A stretch of DNA of 64,000 bases from Candidatus Sumerlaeia bacterium (GTDB taxonomy: Bacteria; Sumerlaeota; Sumerlaeia; SLMS01; JANRJK01): the NCBI GenBank assembly GCA_033764015.1, contig JANRJK010000008.1, forward strand, positions 1 to 64,000, read 5' to 3'. Positions 46,726-56,582 of this stretch are shown here, one piece after another (the stretch's first letter is position 1; each line of letters opens with the position of its first letter). The notes under the pieces are model-generated. The model had not been told where the DNA came from and did no database searches. It saw only the letters and a program-made list of their open reading frames with translations. Position numbers and translations under genes: made by a program.

Positions 46726-47928
46726 ATGGCAGTCGCCGCAGTCCTGGACGGAATGCCCGCGCGCGCGGCGGTGGACCCCGCCACCCGCCTCCTGGGCAGC
46801 TACGACTCGGGGCGCCCCGGGCCGCTGCTACTCGTCACCGCCGGGCTCCACGGCAACGAGCCCGCGGGACTCCGCGCGGTCGAGGCGGTCCTCCGTCAGC
46901 TCCGCTCGAGCCGTCCCCCCATCGCGTGGCGCGTTGCCGCCTTCGCCGGCAACATGGCCGCGATCCGCGAGAACAAGCGCTACATCGACCGCGACCTGAA
47001 CCGCCTCTGGCACTCCGACATCGTCGAGGGGCTCCGCAACGGCGCGATCTCGCCCACCGAAACCGCCGAGCACGCCGAACTGGCCGAGCTCGTGGACCTG
47101 CTCTTCGCCGAGGCCGACAACGCCACGGGCTCCGTGCACCTGCTCGACCTGCACACCTTTTCGGCCCCCGGCTACCCGTTCTGCTGCATCGGCGACACGC
47201 TGCAGAACCGCCGCTTCGCCCGGGCGATGCCGCTGACGACGATCCTCGGCCTCGAGGAGCAACTCGACGGCACCAGCATGGAGTACTTGAACGAACGCGG
47301 CTTCACGACGCTCATCGTCGAGGGCGGCCAGCACGAGGACCCGCGCGCGGCGGGGGTCCTGGAAGCCACATTCTGGTACGCGCTCGTCGCGGCCGGGTGC
47401 CTGCGGCGGCAGGACGCTCCCGGCCTAGCGGCGCACCTGCGCCACCTCCGCGATGCGCGCGGCGGCCTGCCCTATGTGCTAGAGGTGCGCTACCGCCACG
47501 CCATCCGGCCGGTGGATGGATTCGCCATGCGGCCCGGGTACACGAACTTCCAGCCGATCAAGAAGAGCGAGCACCTCGCCGACGACAGCGGGGGAGCGGT
47601 GCGCGCGCCCTTCACCGGGTACATCCTGATGCCGTTGTACCAGAAACTCGGCGACGATGGATTCTTCGCCACCAAGCCGGTCGGTAACGCTTGGCTCGCA
47701 CTCTCCCAGTTCCTGCGGCGGCTCGAGCTCTGGCGCTTCCTGCATCTGCTGCCGGGCGTGCGGCGGGATCCGGGATCGGCGAACTCGCTGCTCGTGGACC
47801 GCGGAGTCGCCCGCTGGTCCGCCGGGCGCATCTTCCGCCTCTTCGGCTACCGGAAGATCCGTGCGCTCGACGACCACACGCTGCGCGTCACACGCCGGCG
47901 CAACGATCTGCGCTGGGAGCGCGACTGA
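46726..47928 (+). CDS. Succinylglutamate desuccinylase/aspartoacylase (M14-like) family hydrolase
   Basis: GLHGNEPAG, RYIDRDLNR, LDLHT, VEGGQH. Confidence 0.88.
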   Translation: MAVAAVLDGMPARAAVDPATRLLGSYDSGRPGPLLLVTAGLHGNEPAGLRAVEAVLRQLRSSRPPIAWRVAAFAGNMAAIRENKRYIDRDLNRLWHSDIVEGLRNGAISPTETAEHAELAELVDLLFAEADNATGSVHLLDLHTFSAPGYPFCCIGDTLQNRRFARAMPLTTILGLEEQLDGTSMEYLNERGFTTLIVEGGQHEDPRAAGVLEATFWYALVAAGCLRRQDAPGLAAHLRHLRDARGGLPYVLEVRYRHAIRPVDGFAMRPGYTNFQPIKKSEHLADDSGGAVRAPFTGYILMPLYQKLGDDGFFATKPVGNAWLALSQFLRRLELWRFLHLLPGVRRDPGSANSLLVDRGVARWSAGRIFRLFGYRKIRALDDHTLRVTRRRNDLRWERD

Positions 47929-47974
47929 GCCCGCTACAGAGGGAACGGCGGGGGAGCGCGGGGCAGTCGCGCCC

Positions 47975-49060
47975 TTAGGCGGGGATCACCGCGAAGGGCT
48001 TCTTCGCGTTCAGGATGCTCACCTGCTGCGCGACCTTCTCGGCGATCTCGCGGTAGACCTTGCCGAATTCCGAGTTGGGGTCCGTCGCCACCGGCTCGCC
48101 CTTGTCCATCGACTCGCGGATCTTCGTGTTGAGCGGCAGCCTGCCGAGGAACGGCACGCCGTACTTCTTGGCGGCCAGCTCGCCGCCGTTCGCGTCGAAG
48201 ACCTCGTCGCGGTGTCCGCACTTCGGGCAGAGGTAGTACGCCATGTTCTCGACGATGCCGAGGATCGGCAGCTTCGTCGTCTGGAACATCACGATGCCCT
48301 TGCGGGCGTCCTGCAGCGCCACGTTCTGCGGCGTCGTCACCACCACGGCGCCGGTCACCGGGACCGCCTGGACCAGCGAAAGCTGCACATCGCCGGTTCC
48401 CGGGGGGAGGTCGATGATCATGTAGTCCTGCTCACCCCACAACACATCGTGCAGCAACTGCTTGAGCACGCCGTGCAGCATCGGCCCGCGCCAGACCAGG
48501 GGCTGGTCCTCGTTGACCATGAAGCCCATGGACATGACGGAGAGGCCGCGCGCCTTCATGGGGATGATGCGGTTCTCGACCACCTTCGGCCGACCCATCG
48601 CGCCCACCATTCCCGGAATGTTCGGGCCGTAGATATCCGCGTCCAGCAAGGCCACCTTCGCGCCGAGATTCGCCAAGGAAATCGCGAGGTTCACCGCCGT
48701 CGTGCTCTTGCCGACGCCACCCTTGCCGGAGCCGACCGCGATGATGTTCTTGACGCCCTCGATGCGGTTGCGTCCCCCGGCCGGGTCGGCGGCGCGCACG
48801 TTCGCCGTCATCTTCACGTCCACCGAGGCGACCCCCGGGACCGAACGGATCGCCGCTTCGCAGTCGCCCTTGATTTTCTCCTTCATCGGGCAGGCGGGCG
48901 TCGTCAGTTCCACCGTCGCGGACACCGAACCGGACTCGGAGACCTCGAGTTCCTTCAGCATCCCGAGCGTCACGATGTCCTTGTGCAGGTCCGGATCCTG
49001 GACCGTGGCGAGCGCTGCCCGAACCTGGTCCTTGATGCGTGCGGTTTCGGTCTGCGTCAT
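47975..49060 (-). CDS. apbC: Mrp/ApbC Fe-S cluster carrier ATPase
   Basis: N-terminal DUF59-like (DPDL, TTPACP), GKGGVGKS, DADIYGP, WRGPM, DLPPGTGD, CPKC. Confidence 0.93.
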   Translation of the reverse strand: MTQTETARIKDQVRAALATVQDPDLHKDIVTLGMLKELEVSESGSVSATVELTTPACPMKEKIKGDCEAAIRSVPGVASVDVKMTANVRAADPAGGRNRIEGVKNIIAVGSGKGGVGKSTTAVNLAISLANLGAKVALLDADIYGPNIPGMVGAMGRPKVVENRIIPMKARGLSVMSMGFMVNEDQPLVWRGPMLHGVLKQLLHDVLWGEQDYMIIDLPPGTGDVQLSLVQAVPVTGAVVVTTPQNVALQDARKGIVMFQTTKLPILGIVENMAYYLCPKCGHRDEVFDANGGELAAKKYGVPFLGRLPLNTKIRESMDKGEPVATDPNSEFGKVYREIAEKVAQQVSILNAKKPFAVIPA

Positions 49061-49259
49061 CGGCGTTTGCGGGGTCCTTCGGCGGGAGGGGATTGTCCGG
49101 GCGTCAACGGATCATCATGGCGCCCGGCAGGGGAGTGCGGCAACCCCGAAGCCAATAACGTGCGCGCTCTCCCGGAGCCGGAATCGGCTCGCGCCGCATT
49201 GAATGCCGGCGCCACATTCCGCGTAGATCCCTCACACCCTAGCGAGGAGCCACTCCGCC

Positions 49260-50048
49260 ATGAAGGCCCACGAGATCGAATACGAGATCCACGGCGAGAC
49301 CATGCAGTTCGTCGACATCATCCTCGACCCGGGAGAAGCGGTCACCGCCGAGCCCGGCAACATGATGTACATGCGCGACGGCATCGACATGGAGACCCGC
49401 TTCGGCACCACCGAAGAGAAGGGCTTCATGGGCAAGCTGCTGAGCGCCGGCAAGCGCATGATCACCGGCGAGTCGCTCTTCCTCACCCTGTTCACGCACA
49501 AAGGCACCGGGAAGTCGCGCGTCGCCTTCGCCGCGCCCTACCCCGGCAAGATCGTCCCCATCGACCTGAAGCAGTACGGCACCATGATGTGCCAGAAGGA
49601 CAGCTACCTCTGCTCCGCCGTCGGCGTGGACGTGAGCGTGGGCTTCACCAAGAAGTTCGGCGCGGGCCTGTTCGGCGGCGAGGGCTTCATCCTGCAGAAG
49701 CTCCAAGGCGATGGCCTGGCCTTCGTCCATGCGGGAGGCACCGTCATGTTCATGGACCTCGCGCCCGGGGAAGTGGTCCGCGTCGACACCGGCTGCATCG
49801 TCGCCTTCCAGCAGTCGGTCGAGTACGACATCCAAATGGTGGGCGGCATCAAGTCGGCCCTGTTCGGCGGTGAAGGCCTGTTCTTCGCCACGCTTCGCGG
49901 GCCGGGGCGCGTCTTCCTCCAGTCGCTCCCATTCTCGCGGCTTGCGATGCGCATCTACGCGGCGGCACCGCAGACCAATGGTGGAGGCCGGGGCGAGGGT
50001 TCGGTTCTGGGCGGTCTCGGCGGCCTGCTGGACGGCGACAACTCGTGA
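49260..50048 (+). CDS. AIM24/TIGR00266 family protein
   Basis: AEPGNMMYM, TGESLF, FAAPYPGKI, LFGGEGF, VDTGCIVAF, GPGRVFLQSLP. Confidence 0.9.
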   Translation: MKAHEIEYEIHGETMQFVDIILDPGEAVTAEPGNMMYMRDGIDMETRFGTTEEKGFMGKLLSAGKRMITGESLFLTLFTHKGTGKSRVAFAAPYPGKIVPIDLKQYGTMMCQKDSYLCSAVGVDVSVGFTKKFGAGLFGGEGFILQKLQGDGLAFVHAGGTVMFMDLAPGEVVRVDTGCIVAFQQSVEYDIQMVGGIKSALFGGEGLFFATLRGPGRVFLQSLPFSRLAMRIYAAAPQTNGGGRGEGSVLGGLGGLLDGDNS

Positions 50049-50107
50049 CGCCACGGGGTGCTGCGGGGCGCCGGGGGGAGGGGGGCCGGCGCCCGCTTCC
50101 ACCCCCA

Positions 50108-50143
50108 GCTTACGTCGTTAAATGCAAATTTAACGACGTAAGC
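50108..50143. repeat. Perfect 16-bp inverted repeat in an AT-rich intergenic patch
   Basis: gcttacgtcgttaaat-gcaa-atttaacgacgtaagc. Confidence 0.9.
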
Positions 50144-50250
50144 ATAAACTATTAGTATTAATCATGTTGAGCTGCTCAACTGCGACGTTGCTTTAGAAGG
50201 AGCCTGTCATTTTCAACGATATCAAACATCCCCGGCCGATCCCTGTTGAA

Positions 50251-51129
50251 GTGGACGACGCCATCAACCCCGCGACGGCGAAGCGATTCGACCGGCGGCG
50301 ATTCCTCAAGATGCTTGGCGCTACTGCTGTTACGGGGCTTGGCCTTTACGGCTACGCGACTCGCATCGAGCCGCACTGGGTGAGCTTGGTACGGCGGCCA
50401 CTCCCGATCACCGGTCTGCCGCAGAACTGGCTGGGCAAGACCCTCCTCCAGATCAGCGATCTCCACGTCGGCAAGGTGGTCGACACGGGGTACTTGATCC
50501 GGACGTTGGAGGAGGCGAAGGCCCTGGCGCCCGACCTGGTCGTCGTCACGGGCGACTTCACCCACGGGGCGGACGCGCACGACACACAATTGCTGACCCG
50601 CGTGCTCGACCATCTTCCCCGCGGCAGTCGCGCGACGCTGGCGATCCTCGGCAACCATGACTATGGCGACAGCTTCGCTGATCGGAGCGCCGCCGATGGG
50701 GTAGCGCGCGTTCTGGAAACCGAGGCGGTCACCCTCCTCCGGTACTCGGCGGTCGATCTGGATGGCCTCGAGGTGGTCGGCTTCGATGACGCTTGGTCGC
50801 CGAACTGGGATCCCGACGCCGCCGCCCGGTTGCTGGAACTCCCCGCCCCGCGCATCGTCCTTTGCCACAACCCCGACGTCTGCGACATGGGGGTCTGGGG
50901 CCCGCACCCATCCTATACGCTTTCCGGTCACACACACGGTGGCCAATGCAGGCCGCCCTTCCTGCCACCACCGTTCCTCCCGGTGCTGAACCGTCGCTAC
51001 ACGCAGGGCGAGTTCATTCTAGACGCCAAGCGGCGCCTCTACATCAACCCGGGGCTGGGCTACCTCATGAGCGCTCGGTTCAACGTGCGTCCAGAACTGA
51101 CCTTGTTCACGTTGACCGAGGCTTCTTGA
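50251..51129 (+). CDS. Tat-exported metallophosphoesterase (YkuE/YaeI-like)
   Basis: DRRRFLK twin-arginine signal; SDLH, GDF, GNHD, HNPD, GHTHGGQ. Confidence 0.9.
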   Translation: MDDAINPATAKRFDRRRFLKMLGATAVTGLGLYGYATRIEPHWVSLVRRPLPITGLPQNWLGKTLLQISDLHVGKVVDTGYLIRTLEEAKALAPDLVVVTGDFTHGADAHDTQLLTRVLDHLPRGSRATLAILGNHDYGDSFADRSAADGVARVLETEAVTLLRYSAVDLDGLEVVGFDDAWSPNWDPDAAARLLELPAPRIVLCHNPDVCDMGVWGPHPSYTLSGHTHGGQCRPPFLPPPFLPVLNRRYTQGEFILDAKRRLYINPGLGYLMSARFNVRPELTLFTLTEAS

Positions 51130-51138
51130 AGCACCACT

Positions 51139-54100
51139 TCACGGTGCCGGATTTCCCCGCACCATGAACTCCCACTCCAAGGTGCCCTGAGAGACCTTCA
51201 GGAGCAGCACGTTCCTCCCCTTGCGGAGCGTGACGCGCGCCTCTTCCCAGGGGTGGTTGATCCCGCGGAAAGCATCGACGCTGTGGATCTTCTCGCCGTT
51301 CAGCCACACCTCGCACCCGTCGTCGGTCCGGAAACCGAGCACGGCCGCTCCCCCATCGGCGTCGAAGGTGCCGACCGCGTAGGCGATGCGCTCCTCTTCG
51401 GGGTTGATCTGCTTGATGTTGATGAGGCCGTGCCCGTTCGGGCGGGCGACCGTCCAGCCGTCCCGGGCGGCGAACTGGGGGAGTTCCGCCCACGGGATCT
51501 CCTGCGGCGGGTAGTTCTGCTCGGCGATCTTGCCCTTGATGTCGAAGGGGAACGACGGGGAGACGAGCCACGAATCGATGTTCCCGTAGCGCATCGGGAG
51601 CTTCAGTTCCGCTGTGACCCGCCGCTCCCCCACCCTGGCGGTCAGGGCGCGGACGTCGGTGGCCTCGGTCAGGAAGGGGATCGGCTGCTTGAGGATCTCC
51701 GGGTCGGATAGCTCCATGGGGCCTGCCAGGCCGTCGAAGCGGAACGTGCCGCCGTCGATCACCTCGCCGGAGGGCTTCATCTCTCGACGCCACGCCACGT
51801 CGATCAAGTCGGGTGCGATGGGGGAGTCCGCATTCCGTACCAACCGCCGGAGCGTGCCCACGAAGGGATAGTGCGTTTCGTTGTCGATCACCGCCAGACC
51901 CGCCATCGCGAGGAGCGCGGAAGCGACGTCGTCCGGCGTCGAGGCATCGATGGATGCGAGGGCTTCAGCCAGATTGTCCGGCGCCCCAGCACCGAGGATT
52001 CCTTCGAGCCGGCGTCCGGCGGCACGGGAGGAGGCGACTTCGGGTGCAGCCTCCGCGCAGTCCATCTCGATGCGCATCGCCTTGTGAATGCTGCGCTTGG
52101 CAACCTTAACCTCAAGTATTCCGGAGCCTTCATCCAAGCTCCAGTCACCGGCCTGTCCGTCCACGACGACGCGGCTCGGCCGCCCGACGGAATGGACTTG
52201 GATCGAGTAGGCGCGTTCCGCGGGCTGGCCGTCGTACTCCCCCACCGTGGGATGGATATCGAGGTCGAGGCCCCCCTCCCGGAAGGACGCGACGAGGATC
52301 GTCTGCCCGTAGGAGTCGCTCCCGTAGTCGGATGACTCGCCGTCGTCCTCGTAGAGCGTGAACGCCTCGATGGTCTCCTCCGGCGCGGGCCAGAGTTTGA
52401 TCACCAGCTCGTCAAGCGGCGCCGTCGTGGGTCGCGCGTTGTAGCGCTGCATAGGCAGCGGCGCGCCCGCGCGGACGAACATCGGCCACTCGTTGATGTC
52501 GGCGCAGACCACTCGCCACTGCGGCCCCTCGAACTTCTCCGAGGTGAAGTAGTTGTACCAAGTTCCCTCGGGGAACCAGACGAGCTGCGCAGCCACCCGG
52601 CCCGGACCCGCTCCGGCGGCGGTCGCCGGGGCGACCAGGATGTTCTCGCCAAACAGGTACTGTGCAGGCACCAGGTACGCCTCGGGAGCCTCCGGGTAGG
52701 CCAGATACATTGGGCGGTTGAGCGGGAGACCATCCGCTGTGCACTGCCACGCGGAACTGTAGACGTAGGGCATCAGCTCGGCCCGGAAGTGGAAAGCGCG
52801 CCGCATCGATGCTGTCGCCCAATCGGGCCAGCGCCACGGGCGGCGGTCCAAGTACTCGATGATCCCGGAGTGCATCCGCATGGCGGCGGTGGTGGCGGAG
52901 AACTGCACCCAGCGCGTGTACGGCTCCTCGTTGCGCTCGCCGAAATGCCCGCCGATGTCGTGGCTCCAGTAGAAACACCCCACATTGCCTGCGGTGCTGG
53001 TGAATGGCACCTCGAAGCTCAGCATCCGCCATCCGGTGTCCGCGTCGCCCGAGAAGTGGATCGGGTGCCGGTGGTCGCCCCAGCCCCCCCAGCGGGAGAA
53101 CTGGAGTCCACGCTTACCGCCGCGCTTGGAGTTCTCGAAGTACAGGTAGTTTAGCCACTTCAAGTTGAGCAGGTCGCCGATGCCGATCGTGAAGGGATAC
53201 TGCTGCCAGTCGAGCCACCAGAAGTCGACGCCCTCATCCTCGCGGGGGTGGTGCGTGTGGGCGAAGAGCGCCTCCATGTACTTCCGGTCGGCGGCGTCGA
53301 AGGTGACCGTCTCTCCCGAGGCGGGATTCTGCCCGAGCGTCGCCATGAACTCGGGGTACATCGTCTCGGTCGGCAGCACGCCATCCGCCGGATGGACATT
53401 GAGCGTGACGAGGAGCCCCTGCTCTCGAAAGTACTTCAGCAATGCGGGCGGATCCGGAAGCAGCTCATAGTTCCACGACCAACCGGTCCACTCGCCCGTG
53501 TGCCACTCCATGTCCATCACCATGACATCGAGGGGGAAGTCGTGTTCGGCGTACTCCTCGACGATCTGCTTGTAGTCGTCGGAGGAGTAGTGCCACCAGC
53601 GGGAGTACCAGCTCCCGAGCACTTGCTTGCGGGGCATCGGCACCTTGCCGGCGGCTGCGGCGAATGCCCGGAAGGCTGCTTCGTAATCCGAGCCGTAGCC
53701 GAAGAGGAACCAATCGGTCCCGGCATCGGGGCGGCGCGGCTGTGCCCAGCCGTCCACCAGCAGGTGTGTCTTCGAGTCGTCGATCAGGAACCAGCCGTCG
53801 CGGGAAAGCAGCCCCTCGCCGAGGGGCACCGGACCGCGCACTTGGTCCAAGGTGGCAATGGTGCCGCCCAGGTTGCCGGTCTGGCGCGAGGAGGGGTTCC
53901 ACTCGATCGGGTGCGCTCCCCCGCCGATCGTGACGAAGAGGTTCGTGGATGAGAACGGGGTGCCATCCGGGGCGTATCGGATCGCCATGCGCCCGGTGTC
54001 GATCAGGAGCGCGCCGTCCGGATCGCGGCGCACGGCGACGGAATCGGCGCGGGAGGATCGTTCGATGGCGAACAGCGATGGCTCGTCGGTGAACTTGCCG

Positions 54101-54246
54101 TCGGGAGCGTACTCGAGGCGGACGCACTCCGGGGCGACGACGGTGAAGCGCGCGTTGCCCTCGATGATGGGATTGCCGTTCGCCGCGGCCGCGAGGGCCG
54201 CCCCTGCCACTGTCGTCATGATCGCTCTCCGGAGTTCGCGTCTCAC
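51139..54246 (-). CDS. Glycoside hydrolase family 31 with C-terminal accessory domain (start 54246 or 54219)
   Basis: GSWYSRWW, FPLDVMVMDMEWH, FWWLDWQQ nucleophile region, FSGD, SHDIGG, RWVQF, LYEDDG; signal peptide. Confidence 0.9.
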   Translation of the reverse strand: MRRELRRAIMTTVAGAALAAAANGNPIIEGNARFTVVAPECVRLEYAPDGKFTDEPSLFAIERSSRADSVAVRRDPDGALLIDTGRMAIRYAPDGTPFSSTNLFVTIGGGAHPIEWNPSSRQTGNLGGTIATLDQVRGPVPLGEGLLSRDGWFLIDDSKTHLLVDGWAQPRRPDAGTDWFLFGYGSDYEAAFRAFAAAAGKVPMPRKQVLGSWYSRWWHYSSDDYKQIVEEYAEHDFPLDVMVMDMEWHTGEWTGWSWNYELLPDPPALLKYFREQGLLVTLNVHPADGVLPTETMYPEFMATLGQNPASGETVTFDAADRKYMEALFAHTHHPREDEGVDFWWLDWQQYPFTIGIGDLLNLKWLNYLYFENSKRGGKRGLQFSRWGGWGDHRHPIHFSGDADTGWRMLSFEVPFTSTAGNVGCFYWSHDIGGHFGERNEEPYTRWVQFSATTAAMRMHSGIIEYLDRRPWRWPDWATASMRRAFHFRAELMPYVYSSAWQCTADGLPLNRPMYLAYPEAPEAYLVPAQYLFGENILVAPATAAGAGPGRVAAQLVWFPEGTWYNYFTSEKFEGPQWRVVCADINEWPMFVRAGAPLPMQRYNARPTTAPLDELVIKLWPAPEETIEAFTLYEDDGESSDYGSDSYGQTILVASFREGGLDLDIHPTVGEYDGQPAERAYSIQVHSVGRPSRVVVDGQAGDWSLDEGSGILEVKVAKRSIHKAMRIEMDCAEAAPEVASSRAAGRRLEGILGAGAPDNLAEALASIDASTPDDVASALLAMAGLAVIDNETHYPFVGTLRRLVRNADSPIAPDLIDVAWRREMKPSGEVIDGGTFRFDGLAGPMELSDPEILKQPIPFLTEATDVRALTARVGERRVTAELKLPMRYGNIDSWLVSPSFPFDIKGKIAEQNYPPQEIPWAELPQFAARDGWTVARPNGHGLINIKQINPEEERIAYAVGTFDADGGAAVLGFRTDDGCEVWLNGEKIHSVDAFRGINHPWEEARVTLRKGRNVLLLKVSQGTLEWEFMVRGNPAP

Positions 54247-54408
54247 GGGCTGGCGCCCCTGGATTGGATTGGGTGGATCATTAGCGTCGCGCCCCGCGGG
54301 GACAACCCCGGAGGATAGGCGCACGGATAGAGTCGGATCGCGCTAGCGCCAGCGCGCCGCGCTCCCCACCCTCGCTCCCCGCAGTACCAACGCACCCTAG
54401 GCAAGCCC

Positions 54409-56133
54409 ATGTCCCTTCCGCTCAACGAGACCCTCACCGACCACTTGGACCAGTGGCTGATCCCCGCCGCCCGGCAGGGCGGAGTGGAACCGCCGAAGCG
54501 CGAATCCTACCTCTTCGGCGCGCCCAAGAGCATCGAACTGGGAGACGTCGCGACGAGCGCGGCGCTGTCGCTGGGCAAGCTGCTCAAGCGCAAGCCGCTG
54601 GAGGTCGCCGCGGAGATCGCCGCGCACATGGCGCTGTCGCCGCTGGTGTCGTCCGCGGAGCCCGCGGCGCCCGGCTTCGTCAACCTGCGCCTCTCCCCCG
54701 CCGCCTACGGGCGCGTCTTGGCGGACGCGGCTGCGGAGGGCGACCACTACGGCGAAACCAGCTACGGACGGGGCCGGCGCATCCTGCTCGAATTCGTGTC
54801 CGCCAACCCGACAGGCCCCATGCACGTCGGCCACCTGCGCCACGCGGTGAGCGGCGACGTCCTCGCGCGGATCCTGTCCGCGGCGGGCTATGCGGTGACG
54901 CGGGAGTTCTACATCAACGACGCCGGCAACCAGGTCCAGACTCTGGGCCGCTCCTTCCGCACGCGCTGCCTGCAGGCGGTCGGCGAGGCCGCGCAGATCG
55001 AGGAAGGGATGTATCCCGGCGAGTACCTCGAAGTGCTCGCGCGTGAGTTCGTCGCCGAGGCGGGCCTCGACGCCGCCGCGATCCGCGCCATGCCCGACGC
55101 GGACATCGCCTGGGAGGCGCGCAACCGCTGCCTGGTGCTCGTCCGCCGCGACCTCGCGGGGCTGGGCGTCGAGTTCCACAACTTCGTCAGCGAGAAGGCC
55201 CTCTACGACAACGGCACCGTGGCAGCCACCGTCGAACGGCTGAAGGCCAGCGGGGCGACGTTCGAGAAGGAGGGCGCGGTCTGGCTGCGCACCACCGACG
55301 ACGGCGACGACCAGGACCGCGTCCTCGTCAAGAGCGACGGCTCGCTGACGTACCTCGTGCCCGACCTCGCGTACCACGCCGACAAGTTCGACCGCGGGTT
55401 CGACGGCTGCATCAACATGTTCGGCGCGGACCATATCGGGTACGCGGCGCGGTTGCGCTCCGGAATCAAGGCCCTCGGACACGACCCGTCGAAACTCGAG
55501 ATCGTCACGCTCCGCCTCGTGTTCCTGCTCGACGAGAAGGGCGAGCGCACGAAAGGCAGCAAGCGCAAGGGCGACATTGTCGAGGCGATGGAAGTGGCGC
55601 GAGACGTCGGCATGGACGCGGCCCGCTTCTTCCTCCTCGCGCGGTCGACCGACTCGGAGATCGAGTTCGACCTCGCGCTGGCGCGCCAGCAGTCCGACCT
55701 CAACCCCGTCTTCAAGGCGCAATACGCGCACGCGCGCGTCTGCTCGGTGGTGGCGAAGGCGCGCGAGGCGGGGTTCACCGCCGCCGAGCCCTCGCCTGCC
55801 GCCGCCGCGCATCTGGGGCACGCGATCGAACGCGAGCTGCTGCTCGCGGTGGCCGAACTGCCCCGCCTCGTGGAGCGCAGCGCCGCCGAACACGCCCCGC
55901 ACCACCTGACGCGCTATGCGTTGGGGCTCGCCGAGCTGTGGAACCGCTACTGGTCCGCGGCAAAGACGGACGACTCGCTCCGAATCCTGCAGCCGGACCG
56001 CCCGGAGCAGACGGCGGCGCGCCTGCGGTTGGCGGTGTCGGTGCGGCAGGCGCTGCGGAACAGCTTGGCGCTGTTGGGCATCTCGGCGCCCGAGCGGCTG
56101 GAGCGGGCGGTGGTCGATGATGTCGTCGAGTAA
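54409..56133 (+). CDS. argS: Arginine--tRNA ligase
   Basis: PGFVN, EFVSANPTGPMHVGH, EFYINDAGNQ, GADHIGY, KGSKRKG (KMSK-equivalent), QYAHAR, LLGISAPERL. Confidence 0.96.
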   Translation: MSLPLNETLTDHLDQWLIPAARQGGVEPPKRESYLFGAPKSIELGDVATSAALSLGKLLKRKPLEVAAEIAAHMALSPLVSSAEPAAPGFVNLRLSPAAYGRVLADAAAEGDHYGETSYGRGRRILLEFVSANPTGPMHVGHLRHAVSGDVLARILSAAGYAVTREFYINDAGNQVQTLGRSFRTRCLQAVGEAAQIEEGMYPGEYLEVLAREFVAEAGLDAAAIRAMPDADIAWEARNRCLVLVRRDLAGLGVEFHNFVSEKALYDNGTVAATVERLKASGATFEKEGAVWLRTTDDGDDQDRVLVKSDGSLTYLVPDLAYHADKFDRGFDGCINMFGADHIGYAARLRSGIKALGHDPSKLEIVTLRLVFLLDEKGERTKGSKRKGDIVEAMEVARDVGMDAARFFLLARSTDSEIEFDLALARQQSDLNPVFKAQYAHARVCSVVAKAREAGFTAAEPSPAAAAHLGHAIERELLLAVAELPRLVERSAAEHAPHHLTRYALGLAELWNRYWSAAKTDDSLRILQPDRPEQTAARLRLAVSVRQALRNSLALLGISAPERLERAVVDDVVE

Positions 56134-56515
56134 CCACGACCAAGGGCTTGGCCCCGCGGCTCCGGTGCTGCTTTCGACGGACATCCCCGGCGCCTGCGCC
56201 TTCTGGCGGGATCGCTGCGGCTTCGAGGTCGATTGCTTCGGCGAGCCGCCACAGTTCGCGATCTGCTCCCGTGGCGGCGCGCGTTTGATGTACGCCCTCG
56301 CGCCCGCGGGGGCTGTGATCGTTCCGAACTGGCGCGTTTTGCCGAAGTGCAACAGCGCGTACATCTGGGTTGGCGATGCGGCCGCCCTCTATGCCGAGTT
56401 CCAAGCCCAAGGCGCCGCGATCGACTTCACGATTTACGACACGCCGTGGGGTACGCGCGAGTTTGGCATCCAGGACCCGGATGGTCACGACATCGCCTTC
56501 GGCCAGATTCTCTGA
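56117..56515 (+). CDS. VOC family (glyoxalase/bleomycin resistance) protein
   Basis: AAPVL, FWRDRCGF, AYIWVGDAAALY, PWGTREFGIQDPDGH. Confidence 0.85.
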   Translation: MMSSSNHDQGLGPAAPVLLSTDIPGACAFWRDRCGFEVDCFGEPPQFAICSRGGARLMYALAPAGAVIVPNWRVLPKCNSAYIWVGDAAALYAEFQAQGAAIDFTIYDTPWGTREFGIQDPDGHDIAFGQIL

Positions 56516-56524
56516 AAACGAGTG

Positions 56525-56551
56525 ACGGCCCCGGCGGATCGCCGGGGCCGT
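56525..56551. terminator. Putative intrinsic terminator between convergent genes
   Basis: acggccccggcg-gat-cgccggggccgt 12-bp stem followed by tctgtt. Confidence 0.7.
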
Positions 56552-56582
56552 TCTGTTGTCGGGGGTTCGGCGCGGGGCCGGG

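Noticed and set aside
44583..46784. 733-aa minus ORF and similar long antisense/off-frame ORFs (e.g. 2009..4189, 26280..28487, 47657..49873, 54397..56364)
   Set aside because: Shadows of well-supported genes on the other strand or frame
50135..50172. Possible dif (XerC/XerD) site in the AT-rich patch
   Set aside because: Partial GCATAA and TCATGTTG matches do not fit the 11-6-11 spacing together
55550..55575. ArgS KGSKR instead of KMSKR
   Set aside because: This motif is known to be variable in ArgRS; the rest of the enzyme is canonical
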